Assembly: GCA_963664325.2 (NCBI GenBank) | Contig: CAXXDQ010000003.1 | Coordinates: 448,001-512,000 of the forward strand | Reading direction: 5' to 3' | Source: Desulfomonilia bacterium | GTDB taxonomy: Bacteria > Desulfobacterota > Desulfomonilia > UBA1062 | DNA: 64,000 bases | Shown here: positions 30,527-40,818 of the stretch, one piece after another | Position numbering within the stretch: position 1 is the stretch's first letter | Layout: every line of letters starts with the position of its first letter | Program-made: the position numbers and the translations under genes | Notes under the pieces: model-generated | Told to the model about the DNA's origin: nothing | Database searches by the model: none | Seen by the model: the letters and a program-made list of their open reading frames with translations, nothing else

Positions 30527-31768
30527 ATGTGCGACACATTCGGAATAAAAATGTCCTGGACAGGTACAGATGGAAGCATATTTGGAAAAAATTCAGACCG
30601 TGAACCTGATGAAACACAAGTTATAGTTTCATGCCCGGCAAATAATCATGATCCAGGAGAATATCTTGATTGTACTTATATAAAGATTCCTCAGACAGCC
30701 TATACAAATGCCGTACTTTTAAGCAAGCCCTTCTGGATATGGGGTGCCGAGATGGGTGTTAATGCGAAGGGAGTGGTCATAGGCAACGAAGCCCTGTTCA
30801 CAAAAGTTAAACCTGAGAAAAAGGCAGGCCTTATCGGTATGGATCTGCTCAGACTTGGACTCGAGCGAGGCGGATCTGCGAGTGAAGCTGCAAATGTAAT
30901 AATTAAGCTGCTTAAGGAACACGGTCAGTCAGGATCTTGCGGGTACAGAGACAAGAGTTTTTCATATATGAATTCTTTTCTTCTTATGGACAGGGACAAT
31001 CTCCTGGTTCTTGAAACTGTAGGCAGGGATTATGCTTTAAAATCATATGAAAGCTATGCAACCATTTCAAATGCCATTACGTTGGGGAAAGACTGGGATG
31101 AATCGTCTTTTCCAGCAGGAACGGATATGAAATCTTTCGGAGATATACTGTTCACATACTTTGCCGGCGGTCTGAGTAGAAGAAAATGCAATCAGAATGG
31201 CATCGAACTTGGAAGAGGCGGCATAACACCCATTAAGGCATTTGATTATCTCAGAACCCACAGCAAAAGCCTGGCATTTAATTCCAGTGTCTGCATGCAT
31301 GCCAACGGTTCATTGATAAGGAGGTCTCAGACAACCGGCTCAATGGTTGTTGTGCTGAATCGGGAAGGACTGTTCAAGATTTTTGTAACAGCCGGTTCTT
31401 CTCCTTGTGTAACATCGTTCAAACCGGTTCTTCCAAACCATCTTCCGGCTGATATAATGATTGGAGGTGACGGATTTGACAGTTCCTCGTTCTGGTGGAG
31501 GCATGAAAGATTTCATCTCGGTGCCCTGTTTGCCGGAAAGGAATATCTGCCCCGGATAAAGGGAGATATTGAAAGACTTGAATCCCAATATGCAAATATT
31601 CCGTTTTATAAATGGGATACCGATGATCAGGCTCTGATAAAAGCATCTAGGGATGCTTTTTCCGCTGTTGAAGATATGGAAGCCGGCTATTTAAAAAAAA
31701 TTGATAGCTCACGGAGATATCTTACTTCATACTGGCGAAGAATTTCTGACAAAAATAGAATTCCTTGA
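30527..31768 (+). CDS. C69 family peptidase / secernin-like Ntn hydrolase
   Basis: MCDT N-terminal nucleophile Cys, FGKNSDREPDE, WGAEMGVN, GNEA, GMDLLRLGLER. Confidence 0.88.
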   Translation: MCDTFGIKMSWTGTDGSIFGKNSDREPDETQVIVSCPANNHDPGEYLDCTYIKIPQTAYTNAVLLSKPFWIWGAEMGVNAKGVVIGNEALFTKVKPEKKAGLIGMDLLRLGLERGGSASEAANVIIKLLKEHGQSGSCGYRDKSFSYMNSFLLMDRDNLLVLETVGRDYALKSYESYATISNAITLGKDWDESSFPAGTDMKSFGDILFTYFAGGLSRRKCNQNGIELGRGGITPIKAFDYLRTHSKSLAFNSSVCMHANGSLIRRSQTTGSMVVVLNREGLFKIFVTAGSSPCVTSFKPVLPNHLPADIMIGGDGFDSSSFWWRHERFHLGALFAGKEYLPRIKGDIERLESQYANIPFYKWDTDDQALIKASRDAFSAVEDMEAGYLKKIDSSRRYLTSYWRRISDKNRIP

Positions 31769-31826
31769 CTTTGAAGTTATTTGAATGTTCTAGTTTTCTT
31801 TATCTTCTGGAATAGGAGGGGCTTAT

Positions 31827-32396
31827 ATGGGATGTCCCATAGAAAATGGTATTAATGCATTGCGTGGGCTTCCTTTTTACCCGGTGTTATCGGCAAGATC
31901 AAAATATACCCTGCTTGATGTATTTTTGACATTTGTCGGCGCCGCGTTCGAGGAAGTCTCAAAAAATGTTCCCGAACTGAAAAATGAAATAGCCGACTGG
32001 AACGAGGGAAGACGGTTTGCACTCGGGGTCATGCCGAACGGTCCTTATGTTACTGTCGAAAAACTAGGAGATGAGCTGTTTTATCTCGGAAAAGGACTGC
32101 TTAACCCGGATGTGACATTCCTTTTTAAGAACCTGGATGCAGCGGTTCCGGTATTCACAGGCCTTATGAGTTCTCACCAGGCGGTTGCTGAATGCAAGGT
32201 CATGATCCAGGGAAACAATTCATTTGCCATGGAAACGAACAGGGCTCTGGCGATTGTTCTGGCAAACCTGTTTCCGGTAAGTGTTTTCAGCCATCTTTTC
32301 AAAGATAAACCAAAGATGGGTGTTAAGCAGTATATTAACAAAGGCAAGGTTTATATGACGATATTGCCGGCTTTTTTGAAGCATATGCTCTCATAA
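31827..32396 (+). CDS. Hypothetical protein, possibly SCP2 sterol/lipid-carrier-like fold
   Basis: RBS AGGAGG; PDVTFLFKNLDAA...AECKVMIQGN resembles the SCP2 pattern; immediately upstream of an Fe-ADH. Confidence 0.55.
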   Translation: MGCPIENGINALRGLPFYPVLSARSKYTLLDVFLTFVGAAFEEVSKNVPELKNEIADWNEGRRFALGVMPNGPYVTVEKLGDELFYLGKGLLNPDVTFLFKNLDAAVPVFTGLMSSHQAVAECKVMIQGNNSFAMETNRALAIVLANLFPVSVFSHLFKDKPKMGVKQYINKGKVYMTILPAFLKHMLS

Positions 32397-32417
32397 TTAA
32401 AGAAAGGAGATAAAATT

Positions 32418-33593
32418 ATGTTACCAAAATACTATCAGTTTTTCTGCCCGGTAAAAATTCTTTCCGGGGCAAGCGCTGTATCAAATATTCCGTTCGAAAT
32501 GTCTGTAATGGGCTGCAAAAGGGCCATGATTGTTACTGATAAGGGTGTTGCTGGTGCAGGCCTGATCAATATCATTAAAGCTGCCTTCGGTGACAAAGAC
32601 AGGGAAATCGGATACGTCTTTGACGAAACACCAGCTGATTCAAGCAACCGCGTTGTCAACAAACTTGCGAAACTTTATGAAGAGAAAAAATGTGACTGTT
32701 TCATGGCAGTAGGCGGCGGCAGCGCCATGGATACTGCAAAGGGTGCAAATATTGTCGTATCTGAAGGTTCCGACGACCTTCTCAAACTGCAGGGAGTTGA
32801 AAATATTAAAAACCAGCTCAAGCCCATGATTGCGGTTCCGACGACAGCCGGTACAGGTTCTGAAGTCACAAAGGCTGCGGTCATCTACAACGAGGAAGCA
32901 AACTGCAAGATGGCATTCATGTCGGATAAGCTTTATTTCAATGTTGCTGTACTCGATCCTGCAATGACGGCAACAATGCCTCCGAAAATAACTGCCGCAA
33001 CAGGAATGGATGCCCTTACCCATGCAATGGAAGCTTATACATGCCTTCAGAAAAACCCGGTTGACGATGCATTTGCAAAGGGAGGAATTGAACTTATCCG
33101 CAAGTATCTTGTAAGGGCGACCGAGAATGGAAATGATAAAGAGGCCAGAATAGGTATGGCTAATGCGGCCTTGCTTGCCGGCATAGCGTTTTCGAACTCA
33201 ATGGTCGGCCTTGTTCATTCCCTGGCGCATGCATCAGGCGGTGCATGCCACGTCCCGCATGGCGTGGCAAATGGAATATTACTGCCCTGGGTGCTTGAAT
33301 ACAATATAGATGTTGTGCCTGAATACATTGCCGAACTTTCGGCCCCTCTTGGAGGGTCCGGTGAATATCTTGGACCTAAAGAACAGTCGATGGTGACTGT
33401 CAGCATGGTCAGGAATCTGCTTGTGAAACTGAACCAGGTTTCAGGATTGCCGATAAGACTGCGTGATGCAGGTGTTACAGAAGATAAACTGTCTGCCATT
33501 GCAAGGCTTGCTATAAACGATGGTTCATTAACCTATAATCCCAAAGACGCAACATACGAGCAGGCACTCGAAATCCTTAAAAAGGCATTTTGA
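32418..33593 (+). CDS. Iron-containing alcohol dehydrogenase
   Basis: AVGGGSAMDTAK, PTTAGTGSEVT, GMDALTHAMEAY, HSLAH, HVPHG. Confidence 0.95.
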   Translation: MLPKYYQFFCPVKILSGASAVSNIPFEMSVMGCKRAMIVTDKGVAGAGLINIIKAAFGDKDREIGYVFDETPADSSNRVVNKLAKLYEEKKCDCFMAVGGGSAMDTAKGANIVVSEGSDDLLKLQGVENIKNQLKPMIAVPTTAGTGSEVTKAAVIYNEEANCKMAFMSDKLYFNVAVLDPAMTATMPPKITAATGMDALTHAMEAYTCLQKNPVDDAFAKGGIELIRKYLVRATENGNDKEARIGMANAALLAGIAFSNSMVGLVHSLAHASGGACHVPHGVANGILLPWVLEYNIDVVPEYIAELSAPLGGSGEYLGPKEQSMVTVSMVRNLLVKLNQVSGLPIRLRDAGVTEDKLSAIARLAINDGSLTYNPKDATYEQALEILKKAF

Positions 33594-33597
33594 TAAT

Positions 33598-33630
33598 AGA
33601 AGGCTGTAGTTTTCAGCAGCTTTCTTTATT
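33598..33630 (+). terminator. Rho-independent terminator after the Fe-ADH gene
   Basis: AGAAGGCTG-N10-CAGCTTTCT followed by a T-rich tract. Confidence 0.55.
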
Positions 33631-33738
33631 GTTGTTAATTATAGAAATACACTGGTCTTTATTTGACTATTAGTGTAGGGTTGAGGCTCAAAATTGATGT
33701 CAAGAAAACATAAAGATTGTGTGGAAAGGATCTAAGCC

Positions 33739-34959
33739 ATGTCAGTTAACGTCACAAAAGAAAACATAAGAAACGCCCTTGAATTTACCGATGAAATTGT
33801 GAAAAAATTTCCCCATAGACTTGTAGGCACACCGGCTTGCGATAATGCAGGTATTCGCATTGAAGAGGAGTTTAAAAAGAACTGCGATCCCGGAACTGTC
33901 AGAAGGGTTCCATTTAGTCTCAATCCCAGGTCTTTTCTGAAGTATTTCAGGCCGGTGATCGGGTTGTATGCGGCAGCCGTTGCAGCAGTCCATCTCAGAA
34001 AACCGAGAATTGCAATGGGAATTCTCAGCGGTGTTTTAAGCGTTTTCGTTTCTCAGTTCATGTTCTACAAAAAAATATTTGACCCGCTTTTTCCAAAAGC
34101 GACCGGCTATAATGTCTATGGAACGCTCGAGCCGGAAGGCGAGGTGAAACAGCAGATAATATTGAGCGGACATCATGATGCCGCCTATGTATTCCATTAT
34201 CTCGAACTAAGTCCGAGGTTTTATCCATTATTTGTGATTGTACCGATTGTATTCTTTTTTCTTGCGATTATTTTTGCATCATTCATGAGCCTTACCAGAA
34301 GAAATCCGGCTTGGATGAAAAAAGTCATGACGTACGGCATTGCCGGGGTTCTTCCTCTCTGGTGGTTCACAACTGAAAAGGTCTCACCAGGGGCCGGGGA
34401 TAATATGATAGCAACAGCGGTTGCCAATGAAGCCACAAAGATGTTTGCGGACCTTAAGAAACAGGGCAAGAATGCATTGAAACATACTAGAATAATCTGC
34501 CTGTCAGTTGACGGTGAGGAATCAGGCCTAAGGGGCGCCATGGCTTATGTAAAAGAAAACCTTGAAGCACTTAAAAAAACCAAGACTTATGTTTTCAATA
34601 TGGACACTCTTTATGATGCTGACAAGCTAATATTTTTCGATAACGATTTGAACCTGACGGTTGATCTGTCAAAAGAGATGGCCAACGAATGCAAGGATAT
34701 AGCGACATCACTCGGATATAAGGCAAAAGTTTCAAAAATGCCATGGGGGGGAGGCAGTACGGATGCAGCGGCCTTCGGCCAGAAAGGGATAGAAGCCACG
34801 AACCTTATTGCCATGGAGCTCAATCCGGCAAAGCTCGAGGGAGATATGGTCTATCATACGAGCAAGGACACCACTGATCATATTCATCCCGAAGTTGTCG
34901 AACAGACACTGAATATAATTAAGGAATATATTTTAAGGAAAGACAGGCAGGTATCCTGA
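33739..34959 (+). CDS. Membrane-associated M28 family zinc peptidase
   Basis: LSGHHDA, PGAGDN, DGEESGLRG, NMD, STDA, YHTSKD; internal hydrophobic segments. Confidence 0.85.
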   Translation: MSVNVTKENIRNALEFTDEIVKKFPHRLVGTPACDNAGIRIEEEFKKNCDPGTVRRVPFSLNPRSFLKYFRPVIGLYAAAVAAVHLRKPRIAMGILSGVLSVFVSQFMFYKKIFDPLFPKATGYNVYGTLEPEGEVKQQIILSGHHDAAYVFHYLELSPRFYPLFVIVPIVFFFLAIIFASFMSLTRRNPAWMKKVMTYGIAGVLPLWWFTTEKVSPGAGDNMIATAVANEATKMFADLKKQGKNALKHTRIICLSVDGEESGLRGAMAYVKENLEALKKTKTYVFNMDTLYDADKLIFFDNDLNLTVDLSKEMANECKDIATSLGYKAKVSKMPWGGGSTDAAAFGQKGIEATNLIAMELNPAKLEGDMVYHTSKDTTDHIHPEVVEQTLNIIKEYILRKDRQVS

Positions 34960-35132
34960 CAAAGTCCATATTGTTTGATGTGTAAATTTTATGACTAAGT
35001 AAAATATCAGACTTGAGTCTGCTCTTGCCTTTGAATGGCAATCTATAATTTTTCATAACTTGGTCGGTCCTGGATCAATTAATTTCAAACTGACCCACAG
35101 CTGAAATATGAGTTTCTTTGCAGGCTATCGTA

Positions 35133-35141
35133 TGATATAAT
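35133..35141 (+). promoter_or_regulatory. Extended -10 promoter element
   Basis: TGaTATAAT about 70 nt upstream of the metallophosphoesterase ATG. Confidence 0.45.
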
Positions 35142-35211
35142 AAAACCGTATCAAATAATTTTTTATGGCTGTGTTTCTGAATACTATACAACTATGCAGG
35201 AGGCTCACAAC

Positions 35212-36723
35212 ATGAAAAAATCAAAGGTGATATTTTTAATAGGTACAGTGTTTGTCTTCTTTCCCCTTGTATCTGGAGCAGCAATCATCCAGCGGCATCT
35301 TGTGGGAGATTCGACCATCAACACTGATGCAAAATCACATACCGGTTACAATATTTCCATAACAAGTTTTGCTCACACGACAGACGTACACCTGGTTGAT
35401 GAGGGAAATCCACTGAGGGCCGATGAACTTGCAATAATGATTCAAAAGGACCCGCTCAGGCTCTTTGAGCTGCAGAAGTATATCGAGCTTTTCCATGACT
35501 CAAATCACTATGAAGACGGAATTTATTCGGCGCTGATCTGGGAGTCTGTTGTTGAAGCAATAAATGATGAGAATAAAAACAGCAGACTCGATTTTCTCAT
35601 TTCAACAGGAGATCATACAGATTCATGCATCAAGAATGAACTCCAGTGGTTTGTAGATATACTGGATGGTGTTGCTCCTGCGGACTTCGAAAATCATGTG
35701 AACAAAGAAGGACTGAGGACTATCAAGCCGAATCCGGTCGGCCTGGATATTCCCTGGTATGGGGCCATTGGAAACCATGATGCTGAATACATGGGCGCAT
35801 TCAATAACGACGGTTTTGTCACATTGCTCATCAAACTTCTGGGATATGAGGTGGATCCTTCAGATATAGGAGGTCTCAGCTATGCTATTGAAACATACTC
35901 GAGCTCAGTCAAAGCATTGACTACAAGTCCCGAAGGGCATGGCTTTACCGGAATAAAAACAAACGGATACTATGCATTTGATCCTTCGCCTTTCATCCAC
36001 TGCATTGTTATGAACACCGCATATTACTACGGTGCAAAATATGGCCTTCCTATGGAAACGCTTGCTGGTGGAGTACTTGACCTTAAACAATTTGACTGGG
36101 TAAAAAGCGAGATTGAAAAAAATCCTGACAAGCTCTGTATTCTGATATCACACCACTCCCCTGACAATTTCAAGGAATTGAACCAGAACGTCAGCCAAAA
36201 CTATGTGAGCGCAGATGCAATGAGGGCGGCACTGGTTAAATATGATAATGTCATTGCGCATGTGGTTGGACATACGCATGGAAACACCATTACCCCGGTA
36301 ACAGACGGAAACTCCGGCTACTGGCAGATTATCACGGCAAGCAGCTTCACTTATCCCCAGGAATGGCGCAGAATAACGGTAAAAGACAATGGAGACGGGA
36401 CCGGTACGATATCCTGCAGGATTAAAGGGCATCAGCCGGTTTATACTACCACCTATGACCCCAGGTATCCTGTAGGAACAGATACATACTATCTTTCGCT
36501 TTTCGAAGAGGGGAATATGGATCACCGGGGCGAAGATACCGACAGGGATGCAGACCTCTATTTTAAAATTCCCGATGCTGTAGCTGCGAATATTAAAGCC
36601 AACTATGTACCGCCGACAAATACAGCAACTACATCTGAAAATGCGACTCAGTCAGCGGAGGCTGCATCAGATTCCGGCAGCAGTTCGGGCGGCGGGTGTT
36701 TCATTTCGACAGCTGTTCTTTAA
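35212..36723 (+). CDS. Secreted calcineurin-like metallophosphoesterase with a C-terminal GGCFI sorting-type motif
   Basis: RBS AGGAGG, signal peptide, TDVH, TGDHTD, IGNHD, SHH, GHTH; Ser/Thr linker then SGGGCFISTAVL*. Confidence 0.88.
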   Translation: MKKSKVIFLIGTVFVFFPLVSGAAIIQRHLVGDSTINTDAKSHTGYNISITSFAHTTDVHLVDEGNPLRADELAIMIQKDPLRLFELQKYIELFHDSNHYEDGIYSALIWESVVEAINDENKNSRLDFLISTGDHTDSCIKNELQWFVDILDGVAPADFENHVNKEGLRTIKPNPVGLDIPWYGAIGNHDAEYMGAFNNDGFVTLLIKLLGYEVDPSDIGGLSYAIETYSSSVKALTTSPEGHGFTGIKTNGYYAFDPSPFIHCIVMNTAYYYGAKYGLPMETLAGGVLDLKQFDWVKSEIEKNPDKLCILISHHSPDNFKELNQNVSQNYVSADAMRAALVKYDNVIAHVVGHTHGNTITPVTDGNSGYWQIITASSFTYPQEWRRITVKDNGDGTGTISCRIKGHQPVYTTTYDPRYPVGTDTYYLSLFEEGNMDHRGEDTDRDADLYFKIPDAVAANIKANYVPPTNTATTSENATQSAEAASDSGSSSGGGCFISTAVL

Positions 36724-36737
36724 TCCTAAGTTGCCTG

Positions 36738-36767
36738 CCAAAGGACGTGTTTAAACACGTCCTTTGG
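36738..36767. terminator. Perfect 30-bp palindrome, probable bidirectional terminator
   Basis: CCAAAGGACGTGTTT|AAACACGTCCTTTGG between convergent genes, followed by TTTGTTT. Confidence 0.75.
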
Positions 36768-36799
36768 TTTGTTTCTAAATGATTCAGCCATTCAGGAAC

Positions 36800-38308
36800 T
36801 CAACCGTTTGAAGGCATACGTTTTTTCCTGCATATATTTACTGCAGAAAATACTGCGGCAAGTATGCATAGGAGCCCGCCTGCCAGGTATGCATGGCCGA
36901 ATGCACTGTTGATACCTTCTCTGAACCCGGGGTTTGATGCAATATTTGTTGTGATAGATCCCTGATGAGGCGGCAGGGACATCGAGAAAACGGTTTCAAA
37001 CACTGCAACTCCCAGTGCAGTCCCGATTGTGATAAGTGCATTGTAGCTGCCGGAGGCCACCCCCTTTTTGTTCTCGGCGGGAAGTGACATCACATAGTTA
37101 TTGTTTGGAGAAAAGAAAAACGCAAATGATATGCCCATCCAGATCAGGAAAATAATAGATATGACAACGCCGTTCAATCCAAGGAGAAATGAAAAGACTA
37201 TTGATGCGGTAGCTGATGAAGACATTCCAAGGGCACTTAAGAGAGGAGGTTGTATTTTATCAGAGGCCCTGCCTGTTACCGGGCTTACAAATATATAAAC
37301 AACCGAGTAGCTCATGAGAATAATACCTGCATAAAGCGAATTCAGTCCCCTTGAGTATTCAAGGTAAAAAGGCATTATAAAGGAGCTTCCGCCCAGTAAT
37401 GCCAGCGCAAAAAAGGCGGATATGTTCGTGTTAAGAAACCTTGAGTCTTTGTATATCCCAAAGTCGAATAACGGTGCTGATGTAAACTTTTCCCAGAAAT
37501 AAAAAGCAGTCAGGATAATGATTGAGGCGGCAAATAATGAAAGAACCATACCTGATTTCCAGCCGGCTTTGTGCCCAATATTTATTGCATACATCAGCAT
37601 GGAAATCCCTATAAAGCTCAGGATTGTCCCGGGGATGTCGTAATCCTTTATACTGCCTCTAGACTTAATGGTTTCTTCGCCGGAAGGAAGCATTTTAACT
37701 GCAAGGATAATCGCAATAACACCGATAGGGGCATTGATGAAGAATATCCAGTGCCAGGAAAAGTATTGCACTATCAGACCGCCTACAGGCGCACCTACGG
37801 CAATACCGAGAGCAGCGCCCATGGACATTATCCCGAATGCCCAGCCGTTTATCTCCTTCGGGATGATTTTGGGCACAACCGCGTATGCTGCAGATACAAG
37901 CATTGCACCGCCCAGACCCTGTATCAGTCGGAAAAAGACAAGCATATTGATGCCCGATGAAAGTCCGCACATCAATGAACACAAAGTGAACAGGACATAA
38001 CCTGAAATAAAAATCTTCTTCTGCCCGAATCTGTCGCCGAGTTTGCCGAAGAAAAGCAATGTGCTTGTTCCTGCAAGTAAATAGATAATCACTATACGGG
38101 AGACAATATCTACTGACGTCTTAAAATACCTGGCGATTCCGGGAAGTGATATGTTCACAATATAAACATCGAGCTTGGACATGAAAGCGGCAAACATCAC
38201 GCTTATTACAATCCAGATAAAGCGCTTTCGGAGCAGCTTTATCTGTTCGGGGGTCAGTACATCATTATTTTCCATGGTCATATACTCGACAAATTTTATT
38301 TTTAACAT
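36800..38308 (-). CDS. MFS transporter, DHA2 (14-TM) family
   Basis: LDVYIVNISLP, GKLGDRFGQKK, RLIQGLG, GAPVGG, WHWIFFINAPIG; true start may be a downstream Met. Confidence 0.92.
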   Translation of the reverse strand: MLKIKFVEYMTMENNDVLTPEQIKLLRKRFIWIVISVMFAAFMSKLDVYIVNISLPGIARYFKTSVDIVSRIVIIYLLAGTSTLLFFGKLGDRFGQKKIFISGYVLFTLCSLMCGLSSGINMLVFFRLIQGLGGAMLVSAAYAVVPKIIPKEINGWAFGIMSMGAALGIAVGAPVGGLIVQYFSWHWIFFINAPIGVIAIILAVKMLPSGEETIKSRGSIKDYDIPGTILSFIGISMLMYAINIGHKAGWKSGMVLSLFAASIIILTAFYFWEKFTSAPLFDFGIYKDSRFLNTNISAFFALALLGGSSFIMPFYLEYSRGLNSLYAGIILMSYSVVYIFVSPVTGRASDKIQPPLLSALGMSSSATASIVFSFLLGLNGVVISIIFLIWMGISFAFFFSPNNNYVMSLPAENKKGVASGSYNALITIGTALGVAVFETVFSMSLPPHQGSITTNIASNPGFREGINSAFGHAYLAGGLLCILAAVFSAVNICRKKRMPSNG

Positions 38309-38423
38309 TAAACCGGTTTTGCATGCTGTTACCGTCCGCTGCTTGTTATTGGGTGATTTGTCCCTTTACAATCTGTGTAGGGATGCGATACGTGCAAAAG
38401 GATTTCATCTTTAAGGAGAGGAT

Positions 38424-39659
38424 ATGGATCTTAGGGAAAGGGCATTGGTTTTTCATAAAGAGAATGAGGGCAAGATAGCACTTCACTGCAAGGTGCCGGT
38501 TAAAACAAGGGAAGACATGACACTGGCTTATACACCCGGTGTGGCAGAACCCTGTCTGGAAATACAGAAGGATTATAATACAATCTATGATTACACATCC
38601 AAGGGCAATTGGGTGGCTGTAGTGACAAACGGTACGGCAGTACTCGGGCTCGGAGACATCGGGGCCGGCGCCGGGCTGCCTGTAATGGAAGGCAAGGCAG
38701 TTCTCTTCAAGTCTTTTGCAGCAGTTGACGCATTTCCGATTTGCATAGACACGAAAGATGTCGGGAAAATAATAGAAACCGTAAAACTTATAGAGCCGAC
38801 ATTCGGCGGTATTAATCTTGAGGATATAAAGGCACCTGAATGCTTTGAGGTCGAAGAAAGGCTCAAACAGATATGCAATATCCCGGTATTCCACGATGAT
38901 CAGCATGGAACTGCCATTGTCGCGCTTGCGGGTATAATCAATGCACTGAAAATTGTCGGCAAGAAATTTCCCGATATAAAAGTTGTAATAAGCGGGGCCG
39001 GTGCGTCAGGCACATCTGTAACGAAACTGCTTATGAAGTATGGTACAAGAAATATAATCGCGTGTGACCGGAAGGGGGCACTCTGCCATGGTGAAACAAC
39101 AGACCCGGTCAAGTCAAGGCTTGCAGCAATCACCAATCCGGACAGGGAAAAGGGCTGTCTTGCAGATGTCATAAAAGGCGCCGATGTGTTAATCGGGCTT
39201 TCCGCAGCCGGTCTTGTAACGACAGGTATGGTTAAAACAATGAGCAGGGATGCAATAATTTTTGCAATGGCTAATCCGGTACCTGAGATCATGCCTGATG
39301 ATGCCAGAAAGGGCGGTGCGATGGTAATTGGAACAGGCCGTTCCGATTTCCCGAACCAGATAAACAATGTCCTTGCCTTTCCGGGTATATTCCGGGGAGC
39401 GCTTGATGTCAGGGCAAGCGATATAAATGAAGATATGAAACTCGCCGCCGCAGAGGCGATTGCATCTGTTGCCCAGTCTGACGGCATAAACAGTGAATAT
39501 GTAATTCCGCAGGCATTTGACATGAGGATTGCGCCTGCTGTCGCATCAGCCGCGGCCAGAGCCGCAATCGAAACCGGCGTTGCACGCAGAAAGGATATAA
39601 CACCTGAGATGATAAAGGAAAAAACGATAAGGATGCTTGCCGAACTGGATAAGCAATAG
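38424..39659 (+). CDS. NAD(P)-dependent malic enzyme
   Basis: AYTPGVAEPC, VMEGKAVLFK, INLEDI, FHDDQHGTA, AMANP, NQINNVLAFPGIFRG. Confidence 0.95.
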   Translation: MDLRERALVFHKENEGKIALHCKVPVKTREDMTLAYTPGVAEPCLEIQKDYNTIYDYTSKGNWVAVVTNGTAVLGLGDIGAGAGLPVMEGKAVLFKSFAAVDAFPICIDTKDVGKIIETVKLIEPTFGGINLEDIKAPECFEVEERLKQICNIPVFHDDQHGTAIVALAGIINALKIVGKKFPDIKVVISGAGASGTSVTKLLMKYGTRNIIACDRKGALCHGETTDPVKSRLAAITNPDREKGCLADVIKGADVLIGLSAAGLVTTGMVKTMSRDAIIFAMANPVPEIMPDDARKGGAMVIGTGRSDFPNQINNVLAFPGIFRGALDVRASDINEDMKLAAAEAIASVAQSDGINSEYVIPQAFDMRIAPAVASAAARAAIETGVARRKDITPEMIKEKTIRMLAELDKQ

Positions 39660-39785
39660 AACTTGCAAATAACGGGTAGTATATACCGGTTAAAAGGTTT
39701 AGGATGTACTATAATCTCGCTGCTGTAATTCCATCTGGCATGCATGTGAATATATAAACATCAGAATATATGAGGAGCTTTCAAG

Positions 39786-40652
39786 ATGAAGGATCATTAT
39801 AAAAAAACAATAATGCCATTGATGCTGTTTTTTGTGGTCCTGTTTGTTTTTGCATGTGTGCCGCCGGTATACACGCCTACGGAAAATGTGACCATCGATG
39901 CCTGCCTTAGCGATCCGGAATGCACTCAGAAATTGACAGTGGCCCATCGCGGAACAGGCAGTCTAAGCTTCTACGGGCCGGAAAACACTCTGGCCGCATA
40001 TGACATTGCCTGGAAAATGGGTGCTGACAGTGTTGAGATAGATGTCCGCAGCACTAAAGACGGCGAACTTGTAATCATGCACGATGAGACGGTCAATAGA
40101 ACTACTGACGGCAAAGGCAAAGTCTCGGATCTAACACTTGCCGAGATAAAAGCCTTTAAAGTAAGGTCGACAAACCTGTCACTGCCAGTCCAGCAGGTCC
40201 CGACCCTCAGGGAGGTGATGGCATTCCTGAAGGGTAAGACTATGGTCTATGTCGACATGAAAACGACGGACATCGTTAAACTTGTGGGGATCATACAGGA
40301 AGAGGGTATGATTGATTCGGCTTACCTTCTTATTAACAGTGTTGCCGAGGGTTATGCCGCACGATCCCAGAACGAATATGTTTCACTTCTTGCTGCTATC
40401 AAGACAAAAGATCAGGCGCAGGAATTTATTGATGCCCTGAATCCAATTGTTATGTTTGAGATGCTTTATGATGATGCCACACCTGATGTGGTAGATTTTA
40501 TACATTCTAAGGGAATAAAAATTCACATGGATGCGCTCGGCGAGTTTGATGTGCTCGGGAAATGCGGTTTCAGAATCATGCTGGACAGGGGTGTAGACTC
40601 GATACAGAGCGACAGGATTGACATACTTGTTCCATACCTGAGAGGACTGTAA
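39786..40652 (+). CDS. Glycerophosphodiester phosphodiesterase family lipoprotein
   Basis: Lipobox VFAC; AHRG, PENT, EIDV, MHDETVNRTT. Confidence 0.9.
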   Translation: MKDHYKKTIMPLMLFFVVLFVFACVPPVYTPTENVTIDACLSDPECTQKLTVAHRGTGSLSFYGPENTLAAYDIAWKMGADSVEIDVRSTKDGELVIMHDETVNRTTDGKGKVSDLTLAEIKAFKVRSTNLSLPVQQVPTLREVMAFLKGKTMVYVDMKTTDIVKLVGIIQEEGMIDSAYLLINSVAEGYAARSQNEYVSLLAAIKTKDQAQEFIDALNPIVMFEMLYDDATPDVVDFIHSKGIKIHMDALGEFDVLGKCGFRIMLDRGVDSIQSDRIDILVPYLRGL

Positions 40653-40683
40653 ACAATATAACTCTTCCGAGCTTTTTTAATAG

Positions 40684-40729
40684 AACAAGTTTAATAAGGA
40701 ACACGAACTGACTTCTCTTTAAACTTGTT
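40684..40729. repeat. 11-bp inverted repeat (terminator or operator)
   Basis: AACAAGTTTAA-N24-TTAAACTTGTT. Confidence 0.45.
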
Positions 40730-40818
40730 AAACCATTACAATCCAGGTTCCACTTGAAAATTTTAACTAACCGGATATTATTATCTATTACGGTTTTTAC
40801 TTTTAATTGGAGGTTGTT

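Noticed and set aside
38900-39745. 281-aa minus-strand ORF
   Set aside because: Antisense shadow of the malic enzyme gene.
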